64,000 nt of DNA from Bacillota bacterium (GTDB lineage: Bacteria; Bacillota; Proteinivoracia; UBA4975): the NCBI GenBank assembly GCA_012523545.1, contig JAAYIH010000009.1, positions 1,248 to 65,247 of the forward strand, given 5' to 3'. A model generated the notes under the pieces. That model worked only from the letters and a program-made list of their open reading frames with translations, was not told where the DNA came from and did not search any database. This document shows positions 31,953-43,259 of this stretch, piece after piece; positions within the stretch are counted from its first letter, which is position 1, and the number at the start of each line of letters is the position of its first letter. Made by a program: the position numbers and the translations under genes.

Positions 31953-32822
31953 TTACACGGGTTTCAGAATTGCCGGGGCAATTTTGCCCAAAAAGTCCAC
32001 GGGGTTGTCGGCGGGGTTGTACTGAAAACAGGCAATGCCCCGGGAAAGGCAAAAACCTTTAATTTCTGCGGCATGCCGGTTGACGCTCTCCCGGTACGCA
32101 GCCAGCGTAAACTGGTCCAGGTCGATGTCTTTTTTGGCCCCGGTCTCGGAATCCACCAGGGTGACGGAGCCCAGCCAGCCCGGCTCCAGTTCGTCGGGAC
32201 TGATGACGTGGAAAACCAGAACCTGCTGGCGGGCCGCCAGCAACTTTTCCAGCCCCCGCTGCCAGGGGCTGAGAAAGTCGGAAATCACTACCGTAAACTG
32301 CAGGGGGCGGAGCAGGCGGCCCAGGGAAAGGAGCAGGGCATTGAGATCGCCCTCATGGCCAAAGCGCTGTTTCTCCAGAAATGAAATGAGCCGCGGCACC
32401 GCGCCCCGGCCGTGGACCGGCGGCAAAAAACTGTCTACAGCCTTGGTCCCCACCGCCACCGCCACCCTGTCGTAGGCCCGGAGACTGATATAGCCCAGAG
32501 CCAACGCCAGCCCCAGGCTGCGGTAACCTTTGTTGTGCTCGCCCCAATCCATGGAAGCGCTGCCATCCACGGCGATGTTTACCGTGGCGTCCAGTTCACC
32601 GCGGTTGAGGCGGGTGTAAAGGCGGCGGCTGCGCCCGTACAGCGACCAGTCGATGCGGCGGATGTCGTCACCGGGCAAGTACGGCCGGTAGTCGGCAAAT
32701 TCCAGGGACGAACCGTACTTGTTGGTGAGGCGTTTGCCGGCATTGCTGCCGGTCAGACCCCCTTTGTGCCTGAGGATGAGCCGGTCCAGGCGCTTTAAAT
32801 CCAGGTCAAAGGGCAGGGCCAT
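31953..32822 (-). CDS. DUF58 family protein
   Basis: GSSLEFADYRPYLPGDDIRRIDW, DGSASM, VISDF. Confidence 0.9.
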   Translation of the reverse strand: MALPFDLDLKRLDRLILRHKGGLTGSNAGKRLTNKYGSSLEFADYRPYLPGDDIRRIDWSLYGRSRRLYTRLNRGELDATVNIAVDGSASMDWGEHNKGYRSLGLALALGYISLRAYDRVAVAVGTKAVDSFLPPVHGRGAVPRLISFLEKQRFGHEGDLNALLLSLGRLLRPLQFTVVISDFLSPWQRGLEKLLAARQQVLVFHVISPDELEPGWLGSVTLVDSETGAKKDIDLDQFTLAAYRESVNRHAAEIKGFCLSRGIACFQYNPADNPVDFLGKIAPAILKPV

Positions 32823-32825
32823 GTC

Positions 32826-33785
<960 letters not shown>

Positions 33786-33786
33786 G

Positions 33787-35292
33787 TCAATTGCCCCCTT
33801 GCGGTGCGATGGCTTCAAAATAGCTGCGCACATAATCTTCCAGTTGACGCGGGATTTCGCCCCGGCCCAGGGAGCCCAGGGCGCGCTGGCGGTAACCGCT
33901 GAAGTAATTGCCGTAGTCCTGGCCCAGGCCCGGGTCGATGCGGAGCAAATCCCGCAGGGTATATTCTCCGCCGTCCCCTTCGCCGCCCAGGCTGAATTCG
34001 CCCTGGCCGGGGATGTAGACAAACTGGTGGGGAGAGGCTCCTGATCCGACGGGACTGGCGCCCTGGCCTTCGCCGGAGCCCTGACCGGGACCTTCACCGG
34101 AGCCCTGGCCCGAACCTTCTCCCGAGCCCTCGCCGGAGCCCTGGCCGGAACCTTCGCCCGAACCCTCGCCGGAACCCTGGCCGGAACCTTCGCCTGAACC
34201 CTCTCCAGAACCCTGGCCGGGGCCTTCTGAGCCGGAACCCTCCCCGGACCCCTCCCCGGACCCCTGGCCGGGGGTGTTTTCCTCCCCAGGCGTGCCGTCC
34301 GCCACCTGCCCGGCCTGGGCCAAAGCACTTTGGGCAGCCTGGGCATCCAGGCCGCTCAGGCGCTGAACCAGCTCCTGCCATTGGCCCGGCTGGGCGGCGG
34401 CGGGGTCGGCCGCCAGCTGGCGCAACATGTCGCCCAGGTCCTCAAACCGGTCCGGCAAAGCCTCTGCCAAATCGTCAAGCCTTTGTGCCAACTCACCGGC
34501 GAACTGGGGATCGCCGGCAGCGGCCCGGGCCAATTCCTGCGGAGACATGCCCTGCATAAGGTCCTCCAGCCCCTTGAGGGCGGCGGCCAGTGACTCCAGC
34601 TCCCGGGTTTCTGCCTCCAGCAGTTCCCGGGCCTCCCGGAGCAGGAGTTCCATTTCCTCGGGTGTTTGCGCCTCCAAAGCCTGGCGCACCAAATCCTCCA
34701 GTTGCTCCCGTATGCCCTCCAGCAAGGGGTCATCCTGCGGCAGTTCAGCTATAATTTCCTCCAGCTCCTCTGCCGTTTCCTGGCGCAGTTCCTTCAACTC
34801 CCGGAGCTGGTTAAAGGAGCGGGCCAGGCCGGGGGCAATGATCATGGCGACAACCACCAGGACAATAGCCGCCAGGGACAGCGCCGCCGGCAGGAAAAAG
34901 CGGCGGCGCTCCGCCCGATATACGGGCGGATTTTCCCTGAAGTACGCACCTGCCTCCTGGCGCAACATGGCCAGCATGTCGCCCTCCCGGCCCTGGTACT
35001 CCACCAGGGTCTGGATCCGTTCCCGACTGTTGAGATCCCGGTCCAGGCGCCGGGCAATTGCCAAATCATCGGGCCGCTTGATAAAGAGGATGACTGCTCC
35101 TGCCAAAACTGCGCCCAGGCTGAACAGCCAGCGCCATGGCCCCAGGCCGGCCCAGGGCGCTGCAGCCAAAACGCCTGCCGCATAGCCTGCCAGCCCGGCT
35201 GCCGCGAGGAAGAACAGGCCCGCCAGCCAATATTCCAGGCGGCATTGACGCCGCACCTTTTTCAATCCGGTCAGTTCCTGCGGCCATGCCAT
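33787..35292 (-). CDS. Membrane-anchored coiled-coil protein with Gly/Ser/Glu repeat
   Basis: Three TM segments, Glu/Leu-rich helical region, GQGSGEGSGE repeats, C-terminal EIP..YVRSYF. Confidence 0.8.
   Translation of the reverse strand: MAWPQELTGLKKVRRQCRLEYWLAGLFFLAAAGLAGYAAGVLAAAPWAGLGPWRWLFSLGAVLAGAVILFIKRPDDLAIARRLDRDLNSRERIQTLVEYQGREGDMLAMLRQEAGAYFRENPPVYRAERRRFFLPAALSLAAIVLVVVAMIIAPGLARSFNQLRELKELRQETAEELEEIIAELPQDDPLLEGIREQLEDLVRQALEAQTPEEMELLLREARELLEAETRELESLAAALKGLEDLMQGMSPQELARAAAGDPQFAGELAQRLDDLAEALPDRFEDLGDMLRQLAADPAAAQPGQWQELVQRLSGLDAQAAQSALAQAGQVADGTPGEENTPGQGSGEGSGEGSGSEGPGQGSGEGSGEGSGQGSGEGSGEGSGQGSGEGSGEGSGQGSGEGPGQGSGEGQGASPVGSGASPHQFVYIPGQGEFSLGGEGDGGEYTLRDLLRIDPGLGQDYGNYFSGYRQRALGSLGRGEIPRQLEDYVRSYFEAIAPQGGN
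34060..34272 (-). repeat. Degenerate 12-nt coding tandem repeat (G-[EQ]-G-[SP])n
   Basis: Periodic GGC CAG GGT TCC / GGC GAG GGT TCC units within the CDS. Confidence 0.85.
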
Positions 35293-35355
35293 AACAGAAC
35301 CTCCCTGCACTGCAAAAGTTTATTTACAGTAAGACGTTACCGAATCTGCTTTTGT

Positions 35356-36207
35356 TTACCCTTTGCGCTTGCCAATAAGCGGATTGACACCCCGGGCGGC
35401 AATCCTCAGGCAAAGGAATGCGAAGGCAGAACTGGCCAGAAAAACCAGGTGCCAGAACTTAACCGGGCTGTTGACAAAGGGGTAATGGGGCAGGAAAAAC
35501 TCGAGCGCAGCACCTGCCTCCTCGGGGAAAACCCATTCCAGCAATGCCGCGGGGTTGAGGATGAGCAGGGGATAGGAAAGCACCGTCCCCGATTGATAGA
35601 AAATCTCCGAAAGCAGGATCGCCAGGATCAGCGTCCCGCCCGTGAGAAAGCCGGTCAAAGCATAGGAAGCGATGATGGCGGTGATGGTGCGCCGGAACAG
35701 GGCAGAAAACATCACCGACCAACAGCCCACAAAGAAGGCGGTGCACAACTGGGCCAGGAAGAGAGTTGCCAGTTCCGCCGGGGAGACTCCGCCCATGAGA
35801 AAGACAAAGCCGTACAAAGGCAAGCTGGCAACCATCAGCAGCACCACTGCACTGAGGCCGGCCGCCAGTTTGCCCAGAACAATCCCCCAGGGGGTCAGCT
35901 GGGTGCAGGCCAAAAGGTCAAAAGTCTGGCGCTCCCGTTCGCCGCTGACGGCGTTGCCCAACAGGGCGGGCACCGAAAAGATGACCAGGCCGGACTGGAG
36001 AAAGGCAAGGAAAGCGAACATCGCCCGGCCCAGCTCGGAAAGAGAGTCGTAACCCATGCGCACCGTGCTGAACATGGCGCTGAAGAAGAGCAGGGCGAAA
36101 CCTCCCAATCCCAGCAGGTAGAGGGAGACCATGGCAAAGGTGCGCCAGGTGCGCATGCGGATGCGCAATTCTTTGGCCAGCAGGGGGTTAATTCTCAGGC
36201 TCGGCAT
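35356..36207 (-). CDS. ABC-2 type permease
   Basis: NPLLAKELR, SGERERQTFDLL..IVLGKL; about 6 TM. Confidence 0.88.
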   Translation of the reverse strand: MPSLRINPLLAKELRIRMRTWRTFAMVSLYLLGLGGFALLFFSAMFSTVRMGYDSLSELGRAMFAFLAFLQSGLVIFSVPALLGNAVSGERERQTFDLLACTQLTPWGIVLGKLAAGLSAVVLLMVASLPLYGFVFLMGGVSPAELATLFLAQLCTAFFVGCWSVMFSALFRRTITAIIASYALTGFLTGGTLILAILLSEIFYQSGTVLSYPLLILNPAALLEWVFPEEAGAALEFFLPHYPFVNSPVKFWHLVFLASSAFAFLCLRIAARGVNPLIGKRKG

Positions 36208-37129
36208 TGCCGTTCACCTCCGTAATTTCCATAAAGATCTGCTCCAGATTGCCGCTGCTGGGCGAGAAGGAAAAGAGAGTGAAGCGATTGGCCATCTCCC
36301 GCAGCAATCGAGCCTGAGTTTCCCTGTCGCCGCTAAACACGGCCTCCAAATGGCCGGAATTGGTCACCGTAGCTTCCCGTACCCCTTGCTGCTCCAACAG
36401 CCAAAGCCTGGCCTCCTCCAAACGGTCGGCCACGGCGATTTCGATGATGACTTCTCCCCTGACCCGGGCCAGCACATCGGAGACGGGACCGCTCAGGGCC
36501 AGCACCCCCTGGTTGATGATGCCCACGTGGGTACAGAGCTGGGCCAGCTCGGCCAGGATGTGGGAGCTGATGATTATGGTCTTGCCCATGCGCTGCAACT
36601 CTTTGATGATGTTGCGAAACTCCACCCGCGCCCGGGGGTCCAAACCCGAAGCCGGCTCGTCCAGAATAAGCACCTCGGGGCGATGGACCAGGGCCCGCGC
36701 CAGGCACAGGCGCTGTTTCATACCCCGGGACAGGTTGTTGACATAACTGTCTTTCTTGTCCGCCAGCCCCACCAGTTCCAGCAGGCCGGGGATATCCCGG
36801 CGCACTTCGGCCAGGGTGCGGCCGGATACTTCGCCGTAAAACTCCAGGTATTCATCGACCCGAAGGTCGTCGTAAACGCCGAAAAAGTCGGGCATGTAGC
36901 CCAACAGCCGCCGGGTGCGGCGCAGGTCACGGGAAACGGGCACCCCCCCGATTTCCACTTCACCGGCAGTGGGAGCCAGCAGGGTAGCCATTATCCGCAG
37001 GGTCGTGGTCTTGCCGGCGCCGTTGGGGCCGACAAAACCGTAAATGCTGCCCTGGCTGACCACAAAGCTGAGGTCCCGGACGGCGGCAAAATTTCCGTAG
37101 TACTTGGTCAGGTTGCTGACCTTAATCAT
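36188..37129 (-). CDS. ABC transporter ATP-binding protein
   Basis: GPNGAGKTT, LSRGMKQR, LDEP, SSH. Confidence 0.93.
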   Translation of the reverse strand: MIKVSNLTKYYGNFAAVRDLSFVVSQGSIYGFVGPNGAGKTTTLRIMATLLAPTAGEVEIGGVPVSRDLRRTRRLLGYMPDFFGVYDDLRVDEYLEFYGEVSGRTLAEVRRDIPGLLELVGLADKKDSYVNNLSRGMKQRLCLARALVHRPEVLILDEPASGLDPRARVEFRNIIKELQRMGKTIIISSHILAELAQLCTHVGIINQGVLALSGPVSDVLARVRGEVIIEIAVADRLEEARLWLLEQQGVREATVTNSGHLEAVFSGDRETQARLLREMANRFTLFSFSPSSGNLEQIFMEITEVNGNAEPEN

Positions 37130-39368
37130 TGAACCGGCCCCCCTTCACAGACACATCCATGCCTGTGCGGTGAAAGCCAAAATTGCCTTCAAATTCTATC
37201 CGCACCCGCAGGCGATTATCGTAGATCAGCTCTTCCACGTGTTCCAATAGTATGGAATGAACCGCTCCGCCCAACAGCACATCCCATTCGGTCAGGATTT
37301 CCCACTCGTCCCTGGCGTAGTTATACACCTGCAAACTGCCCGAACCGTGGCCCCAAAGAGGGTCCATGTTGAGGTAAAAATCGCCTTGGGTGAAATCAAG
37401 GTTGGGGGGGAAGGCAAAGACCAGTTCGACGGCGCCGGGTCCTATGAACTCATAGCTTCCGTCCCCTCTTCCGGATATCATGTTGCCGGACTCTGCCACG
37501 ATTTCGGGGAACAAGAACCGGCGCGGGATGTCCGCTGTTTGCTGGTCAAAGGCGATGTTATCCAGGTCCAGACGCTGAAACCACATGTCCAGGGCCACCA
37601 CTTTGTCGGCCCCTTCTGTCGCAATTACTCCCCCATCGCCAAAGCCCAGGAATAAGAACGACGCGTTGGGCAGAAGTTCGTAAATGTCATACCAGCCGTA
37701 AAACTGCGAGGCCGAATAGCGCCTCAGTAATTCATGTAAATCCACCTGGTATAACGATGACGCGTCCACTTGCCTGCTCTCTCCCGCCCCCAGGGGGCCA
37801 ACCCTGTACCAATGTTCACCCAGGCGAATGTAGCTGTCAAACATGGCGTATCCGGTATTATTGACCACCTGGACCGCCAAGGTAACCTTATCGCCTTTGT
37901 GCACAGCCTGAACGGCAAAATTGCCCGGCAGAGACAGGTAATCGGTAGCGTAAAAGCGTTGTACCGACCACAGGGGCGGTCTGGCAAAGCTTATGCGGGT
38001 TCCGTCTCCCGTCCAGGTCACCGTTCCCCCATCCCCGGCAGCGAGGGCGTCGGCCTGGGCAACCAGCGTCACCGGTTTTCGGTTGGGGGTAAAGACTCCT
38101 GCGCTGCTTTCGGCGTAAGCCAGATTTTCGCTGCACACCTCAATGACATTGAATTGGTAAACCACCCGCTCGGAGCCCATACCAATGCGACCGGCAGCAA
38201 AGGTGCCGGCGACAAAGAGAACGGCCAAAAGGGGAATGGTCACCCAGGCCCACTCGCGGCGATCCAGTTTGCGCAGAATCACCCAATTAATCGGCCCGGC
38301 CAGGAGAATGTAAACCAGGAGCACCAAAAGCAGCTTCCCGGGAGAAATAGCCTCTGTGGCCTCGCCCTGGGCAATGGCGTTAAAAATACTGCGAAAAGCC
38401 CACGACTCGCCTGGCACAACGGGCTGGGTGGCAACGGGCAGGAACAAGAAGAGTTTTCGCCAAAAGGCGATGCTGTTGCCCATATCGTCCAGGGGCGGGG
38501 CCGTCAAATCCAATGCCGACCACAACACCACCCCTTTCCCCACCGCGTTCTGGACCAGCAGCGGTATGTCGCCGGAATGGTGCAAAACAACGCCCAGGCT
38601 TTCCCCCAGGACGACAGTATAATTCTGTGGGGGGATGGGAACGGGAAGCTCCAGGACTTCCAGGTCCCGGGCGCCGACGGCGCCAATCCCCCGGGCGCGG
38701 ACGGGCGCCAACTCCTCCGGGATCAAATCCAGGGCGCGCTGCCCGCCGCTGCCGCCGCCCAGAACCAGGACTCCGCCCTGTTCCACCCAGCAGCGCAGGT
38801 TTTCCTTCTGACGTGCGTTGAGCATGATGGGCTCCGGATCGTTGACGACAATGGCCCTGAAGTTGACGGCAAAGGGGAGGTGGTCCAGATGCTCGGGACC
38901 AATTCTTACCAAAAAGGAATTGGGGAGGGCGTTGACCAGTTCACCGAGCCCCTGGGTACTGCTCCCCAGCACTCCAATGTATTTTGTGTTTTGATAATCG
39001 TCACTGGAAGCAATGCCAATCCGTTTCAATTCCCTGCCCCGGGAATCGCTGAGGACGATGACCGGGCTGTTTCCGCGCCAATTCTGACTCGGCGGCAGGT
39101 GAAAGACCGCGACGGCGCTTGCCCCGGCCTCCACAAAGACCTCCTGGCTGTAATGTCCTCCGAGACTGACGGTAAGGGTACCCTGCAGGTCCTCACTGTC
39201 CTTGTTTATTACAGTGACCTCCAGCCTGTTCCAGGTGCGCATATGGAACAGCGAATTGCCCAGATTCAATTTATAGTTGAGTTCGTACCCTTCAGCCCGG
39301 GCAACGCCCGGCGCCCAGGCCAGCAGCAAAATGGCCAGGGCCAGGACGGCCGGCATCTTTATCTTCAT
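37122..39368 (-). CDS. Large secreted/membrane protein of unknown function
   Basis: Signal peptide (ARA-E), WVEQGGVLVLGG GATase-like segment, TM pair YILLAGPINW..RREWAWVTIP. Confidence 0.8.
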   Translation of the reverse strand: MKIKMPAVLALAILLLAWAPGVARAEGYELNYKLNLGNSLFHMRTWNRLEVTVINKDSEDLQGTLTVSLGGHYSQEVFVEAGASAVAVFHLPPSQNWRGNSPVIVLSDSRGRELKRIGIASSDDYQNTKYIGVLGSSTQGLGELVNALPNSFLVRIGPEHLDHLPFAVNFRAIVVNDPEPIMLNARQKENLRCWVEQGGVLVLGGGSGGQRALDLIPEELAPVRARGIGAVGARDLEVLELPVPIPPQNYTVVLGESLGVVLHHSGDIPLLVQNAVGKGVVLWSALDLTAPPLDDMGNSIAFWRKLFLFLPVATQPVVPGESWAFRSIFNAIAQGEATEAISPGKLLLVLLVYILLAGPINWVILRKLDRREWAWVTIPLLAVLFVAGTFAAGRIGMGSERVVYQFNVIEVCSENLAYAESSAGVFTPNRKPVTLVAQADALAAGDGGTVTWTGDGTRISFARPPLWSVQRFYATDYLSLPGNFAVQAVHKGDKVTLAVQVVNNTGYAMFDSYIRLGEHWYRVGPLGAGESRQVDASSLYQVDLHELLRRYSASQFYGWYDIYELLPNASFLFLGFGDGGVIATEGADKVVALDMWFQRLDLDNIAFDQQTADIPRRFLFPEIVAESGNMISGRGDGSYEFIGPGAVELVFAFPPNLDFTQGDFYLNMDPLWGHGSGSLQVYNYARDEWEILTEWDVLLGGAVHSILLEHVEELIYDNRLRVRIEFEGNFGFHRTGMDVSVKGGRFND

Positions 39369-39693
39369 TACTTGCTACCTCCATTCCGATGCATTGTTGC
39401 CTCGCAACGATTGGGTGCCAAATCTGCCTCCCGCCATTGCGGCGCAGCATTCCCTGCCCGCCGTTGGGAAAGGCGCGTGCGCCCAACAGATTTTAGCATC
39501 CATGCCCCGGCAAATTGCCGCGGGGACTGCATGTATAATTCCATACCGCACTCCCGGTTCCCTGCCGCAGAAATAAATATTGCAAGCAATCGGCAAAGGC
39601 AATTGCTGCACGGTACCGCCGCCCTATGCTTCAATTCCGCGCGATTTCCGAATTTGCCTTTCGCGTTGCCAACGCGGCAGCCCGCCAGCGGGA

Positions 39694-42078
39694 TTATCGT
39701 GACTCGTCGCCCGGAGACGGAGACAACCGGATCAGGGAAGCGGCCAGGGCCTCAGCGGTGACTGTATGCCACGGGCTCCCCTGGTACCAGCGCGGAGTCA
39801 AACCGCCTTTGCGCCTGGGCACGCCAAAGCGCCGCCCCCACAACCCGGCGACGTCCAGGGCCACGGCATAAGGCAAGTACTTTTCAAAGCGCGCCGGGCC
39901 GCCGGGCTTTTCCCGGTCCATAGCCAGCCACTGCCGCAATCCCCGGGCCTGGTCCAGGAGTTGCTGTCCCGCTGGGGTGGGCACCGTCAACGCCCGGAGG
40001 AAAAATCCGGTGGCGGCATTGATGCCAAGGCCCGCTGCGGGCATGGTCCAGCCCAGATGGGTCGCCAGCCAGCGCCCCCACAGCCAGGTCAGGCCTGCCG
40101 CCGCCGCCAGTTCCGCCGCCAGCACCAGGGCCACTGCTGTCCAGCCCCAGTCGTCGGCCAGTCCCGGCAACCGGGCGGCGGTGCTGAGGGCGAGCATGGC
40201 CAGGGCGAAGCCCCAGAGCATAAAGCCCAAAAAGGCCAGGGTAACCCCAACAGACACCGGCAACAGGCGGCTGCTCAGGACGGCGCCCGCCGCCGCCAAA
40301 AACGCAGCGGGGTAAATCCGGCCCCGGTTAAAATGCAGCAGTTTGCCCCGCGCCAGCGCCAGCAATTCCCGCTTTTGCCGCTGCCGAGCAGTGCGCAGCA
40401 GGGTCCTGTCCCGGTGCAGAAAAACGGCCTGGTTGCGGGCAAAAAGGGCCTGGAGCAGGGTCTCTTCGTCCCGGGGCAGGGGCTGCCCGGCGCCGCCTCT
40501 GACCAAAGCGTACTTGCCCGCCTCCTCTACTATCAGCAGGCGCCCCTGCACCGCCAGGCTGATGACGGATGCCGTAAAGGACCTGCTGTCGTATACTCCG
40601 GTGCGCACATAGCGCAACAGCGCCGGCGAGGCCTGGGCAGGGAGAGCGGAAACGGGCTGCACCTTGCCTGCAGGCCGCCGGCCCCGGTGCAACCAGAGCA
40701 AGCCGTACCAGCCCAGGAGCAGGGCAAGCAGACCGAGGCTGACGGCGGCGCCGGCATTGTCCCGCAACCACCACCGCAGCCGGTATTGCCAGGCTGACGG
40801 CGGCAAAGCACCCCGGGGCCAGGCCACGGCGCAAACCAAGTTTTCACCGGGCGCCAAAGGACGCGTGGTTGCAAAGACAATTTTTTCCCCCTCGGTATAA
40901 TGGAAGACCTGGCTGTCCGTTGTCCCTGCGCCGCCGATAAAGGACGCCGCCAGGAGTTCCTTGTCCTGCACGGCCTCGGGCAGCTCCAGGCTGAAAGTAA
41001 CCTGGTCAATTTCCCGGTCGAGGAAGTACCCCGGCAACAGCCATTTTATTTCCTCCCGCCCCCCGGCAACAGCGGCCTGGCGATCCAGGCTGTAGACCAG
41101 AACCAGGCGGCACCGACCGCGGGGCAGGGGCTGCCGGGGACTGCCCACAACCAGGCGCCTGCCGCCGTGAATGCTTTGCCAGGTCCACGGGACGTCGGCG
41201 CCGTTTACCTGCACCTGCACAACCTCCAGTTCCGCCAGCCGGCGCCGGCCCCCGGCGTCCCTGTACAGGCCGGGGAAGTCCCGGACAAACCCGCTTTGAA
41301 AACTGCCGTCATTGTCCAGGACAATTTCTTCCCGCACCGTCAGGCGCCGGCTTTCGTCCAGCACGGCGCGGGCATCCAGGCTGAGAATGCGCTCCCTTTC
41401 CCGGGGCAGGTCGGCATAGCCCCGGGGCCAGGACACTTCCACAACCATAGTCTCCCCCGGCTCCAGCGGCCGCACAGCCTCTACCTTCAGCCAATCCTCC
41501 TCTTCCAGCGTGCTGGTCCAATCCCTGTCCCTGCCCCCCACCAGGGCCCCCCACCGGGAGAAGCCGGGGCGGGGAGTGCGGGCAAAGTCCACGCTGACCG
41601 CCACCCGCTCCGCAGGCCAGGGCCAGGGGCCCGCCGCGGTCCACACCAGGGTTTCCAAAGACTCATGGAACCGGAAGAGGCGCATGCTCCGGTAACGCAA
41701 AGTAAACACGTAACGGCCTGGCGGAAGCGTGCTCCCCATCGTCACCGTCAGGCCGTCGGGGCAGTCCGTCAGGGTGTATGCCTCCGCACGGCCATCCCTC
41801 AACACTTCCAGGATTTCATAAGCACAGGCCTGCCTCAGGCCGTGTTCTGTCTCGTGCCAGCGGGGGAGCAGGCGCTCAAAGGCGGGGCTGTCCTGGTGAA
41901 CCGTCAGGATTACAGTTTCCGAAACTTCAATTCCTCCCTGGGGCAAAATGGTAATCCGGGCCAAAAAAGACTTGATGCCGGGTTCATCCGCCGCCGCCAT
42001 TTGTCCCCGAACCGGCACAGGATACAGCACCAGCAGCAACACAAGGACGAAAACAAGCTTCCTGGCCACAGGCGCCAC
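39694..42078 (-). CDS. DUF2207-like membrane protein with duplicated N-terminal domain
   Basis: Two VxExI..FxR..W..VSWPRG/AWPRG units; C-terminal FEKYLPYAVALDV..W. Confidence 0.72.
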   Translation of the reverse strand: MAPVARKLVFVLVLLLVLYPVPVRGQMAAADEPGIKSFLARITILPQGGIEVSETVILTVHQDSPAFERLLPRWHETEHGLRQACAYEILEVLRDGRAEAYTLTDCPDGLTVTMGSTLPPGRYVFTLRYRSMRLFRFHESLETLVWTAAGPWPWPAERVAVSVDFARTPRPGFSRWGALVGGRDRDWTSTLEEEDWLKVEAVRPLEPGETMVVEVSWPRGYADLPRERERILSLDARAVLDESRRLTVREEIVLDNDGSFQSGFVRDFPGLYRDAGGRRRLAELEVVQVQVNGADVPWTWQSIHGGRRLVVGSPRQPLPRGRCRLVLVYSLDRQAAVAGGREEIKWLLPGYFLDREIDQVTFSLELPEAVQDKELLAASFIGGAGTTDSQVFHYTEGEKIVFATTRPLAPGENLVCAVAWPRGALPPSAWQYRLRWWLRDNAGAAVSLGLLALLLGWYGLLWLHRGRRPAGKVQPVSALPAQASPALLRYVRTGVYDSRSFTASVISLAVQGRLLIVEEAGKYALVRGGAGQPLPRDEETLLQALFARNQAVFLHRDRTLLRTARQRQKRELLALARGKLLHFNRGRIYPAAFLAAAGAVLSSRLLPVSVGVTLAFLGFMLWGFALAMLALSTAARLPGLADDWGWTAVALVLAAELAAAAGLTWLWGRWLATHLGWTMPAAGLGINAATGFFLRALTVPTPAGQQLLDQARGLRQWLAMDREKPGGPARFEKYLPYAVALDVAGLWGRRFGVPRRKGGLTPRWYQGSPWHTVTAEALAASLIRLSPSPGDESR

Positions 42079-42160
42079 CCTTTCAGTGTTTTTGTAACTT
42101 ATTGAATTCTATTGGATAACTGCATTTTCCTGCAAAAAAAATTGGCTTGCGCCAAATTTT

Positions 42161-42691
42161 TTAGTCCTTTGCCCTTTCTTCCCGATCCTGCCAGTACCTG
42201 CTGAAGTATTCGTTGGTGGTGCATAAGCTCTGGGGCTCGGCCAGGTCGATGGCCAGGCGTCCGTCCAGGTGCTCCAGTTCGTGTTGCAACAGTTCAGCCA
42301 GGTCCCCCTCGGCCTCCGCCGTGTGCACCTGCCAGTTGAGATCGCGATAGCTGACCGTAACCCGGCGGTGGCGCCGGACCTGAAACCAAATGCCGGGATA
42401 GCTGAAGCAGGAATCCCAGACGACAAACATCTCCTCGCTTTTTTCAGTAAACTTGGGGTTAATCAGGACCCAGGGCATGCCCTGGTGCTGGATGACCACC
42501 ACCCGCCGGTGCACCCCCACCTGGGGAGCGGCGATGCCGCGGCCGTAGCCCATGCGGTGACGAAAATCCAGCAAAGTATCGTACATGTCCCGGGCCAGGG
42601 CGTGAATTTCCGCCAGCTCTTCCTGCCGCACCGGCCGGCTGGGCTGGCGCAACAGGGGATTGCCCAACTCAATTATGGGACGAATTGCCAT
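42161..42691 (-). CDS. def: Peptide deformylase (variant)
   Basis: GNPLLR, GRGIAAPQVG, INP, DSCFS, QHELEHLDG. Confidence 0.88.
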   Translation of the reverse strand: MAIRPIIELGNPLLRQPSRPVRQEELAEIHALARDMYDTLLDFRHRMGYGRGIAAPQVGVHRRVVVIQHQGMPWVLINPKFTEKSEEMFVVWDSCFSYPGIWFQVRRHRRVTVSYRDLNWQVHTAEAEGDLAELLQHELEHLDGRLAIDLAEPQSLCTTNEYFSRYWQDREERAKD

Positions 42692-42720
42692 TGCTCTCAC
42701 CTCTCTCTGCGCCTTGCGAC

Positions 42721-43080
42721 TTATCCCAATACCTTCAGTTTACCGTCGGCGGCCTTGGGCACATCCGCCATTATCTTGGCTGCCAGGCCCTCGCCCAGGG
42801 GCATTGTTACAATCAGAGAGTTTGTCTCGCCAAAATCGTACAGCCCTCGCACCTGTTTGCCGGTGTCCACGGCTACACAGGCCGGACACCCCTTGTGCCT
42901 TTCCTCTTCCCCCAGGGTCTGGCAGCATCTTTTGCCAATCAGCTCTGCCCCTTCCCCAAACATTTCGGCATGGGCCTGGTTGCACCAGACCACCTTCATA
43001 TCCCTATCCACCACCATGATTTTAAAAATGGGAGAAGAGACCACTGCCTCCCCCAACAGCCGGGCCATCTTCGTATCCAT
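42721..43080 (-). CDS. Stand-alone small PAS-like protein
   Basis: IMVVDRDMKVVWCNQA..ELIGKRC..CPA; ATG 43080 with GGGGG RBS. Confidence 0.7.
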   Translation of the reverse strand: MDTKMARLLGEAVVSSPIFKIMVVDRDMKVVWCNQAHAEMFGEGAELIGKRCCQTLGEEERHKGCPACVAVDTGKQVRGLYDFGETNSLIVTMPLGEGLAAKIMADVPKAADGKLKVLG

Positions 43081-43183
43081 TGCGCCCCCCAATCCAGATA
43101 TACTGCCGAGAAGTTCTCCGCCCCGGGCCAAAAATCCTTTCCCGGCGCAGGACGAATCACTAAATAAATATTTAGAATTGTTC

Positions 43184-43212
43184 TTGCAGTGGGCTGTAAA
43201 TTGTGCTACCAT
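43184..43212 (+). promoter_or_regulatory. Putative SigA promoter of the ABC exporter
   Basis: TTGCAG-N17-TACCAT. Confidence 0.5.
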
Positions 43213-43259
43213 ACCCTTAATCATTAGCGGAACGACATCATGTTGCAAGGAGGGACGCT

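Noticed and set aside
34060-34272. Possible CRISPR array
   Set aside because: 12-nt in-frame coding periodicity with no unique spacers and no cas genes
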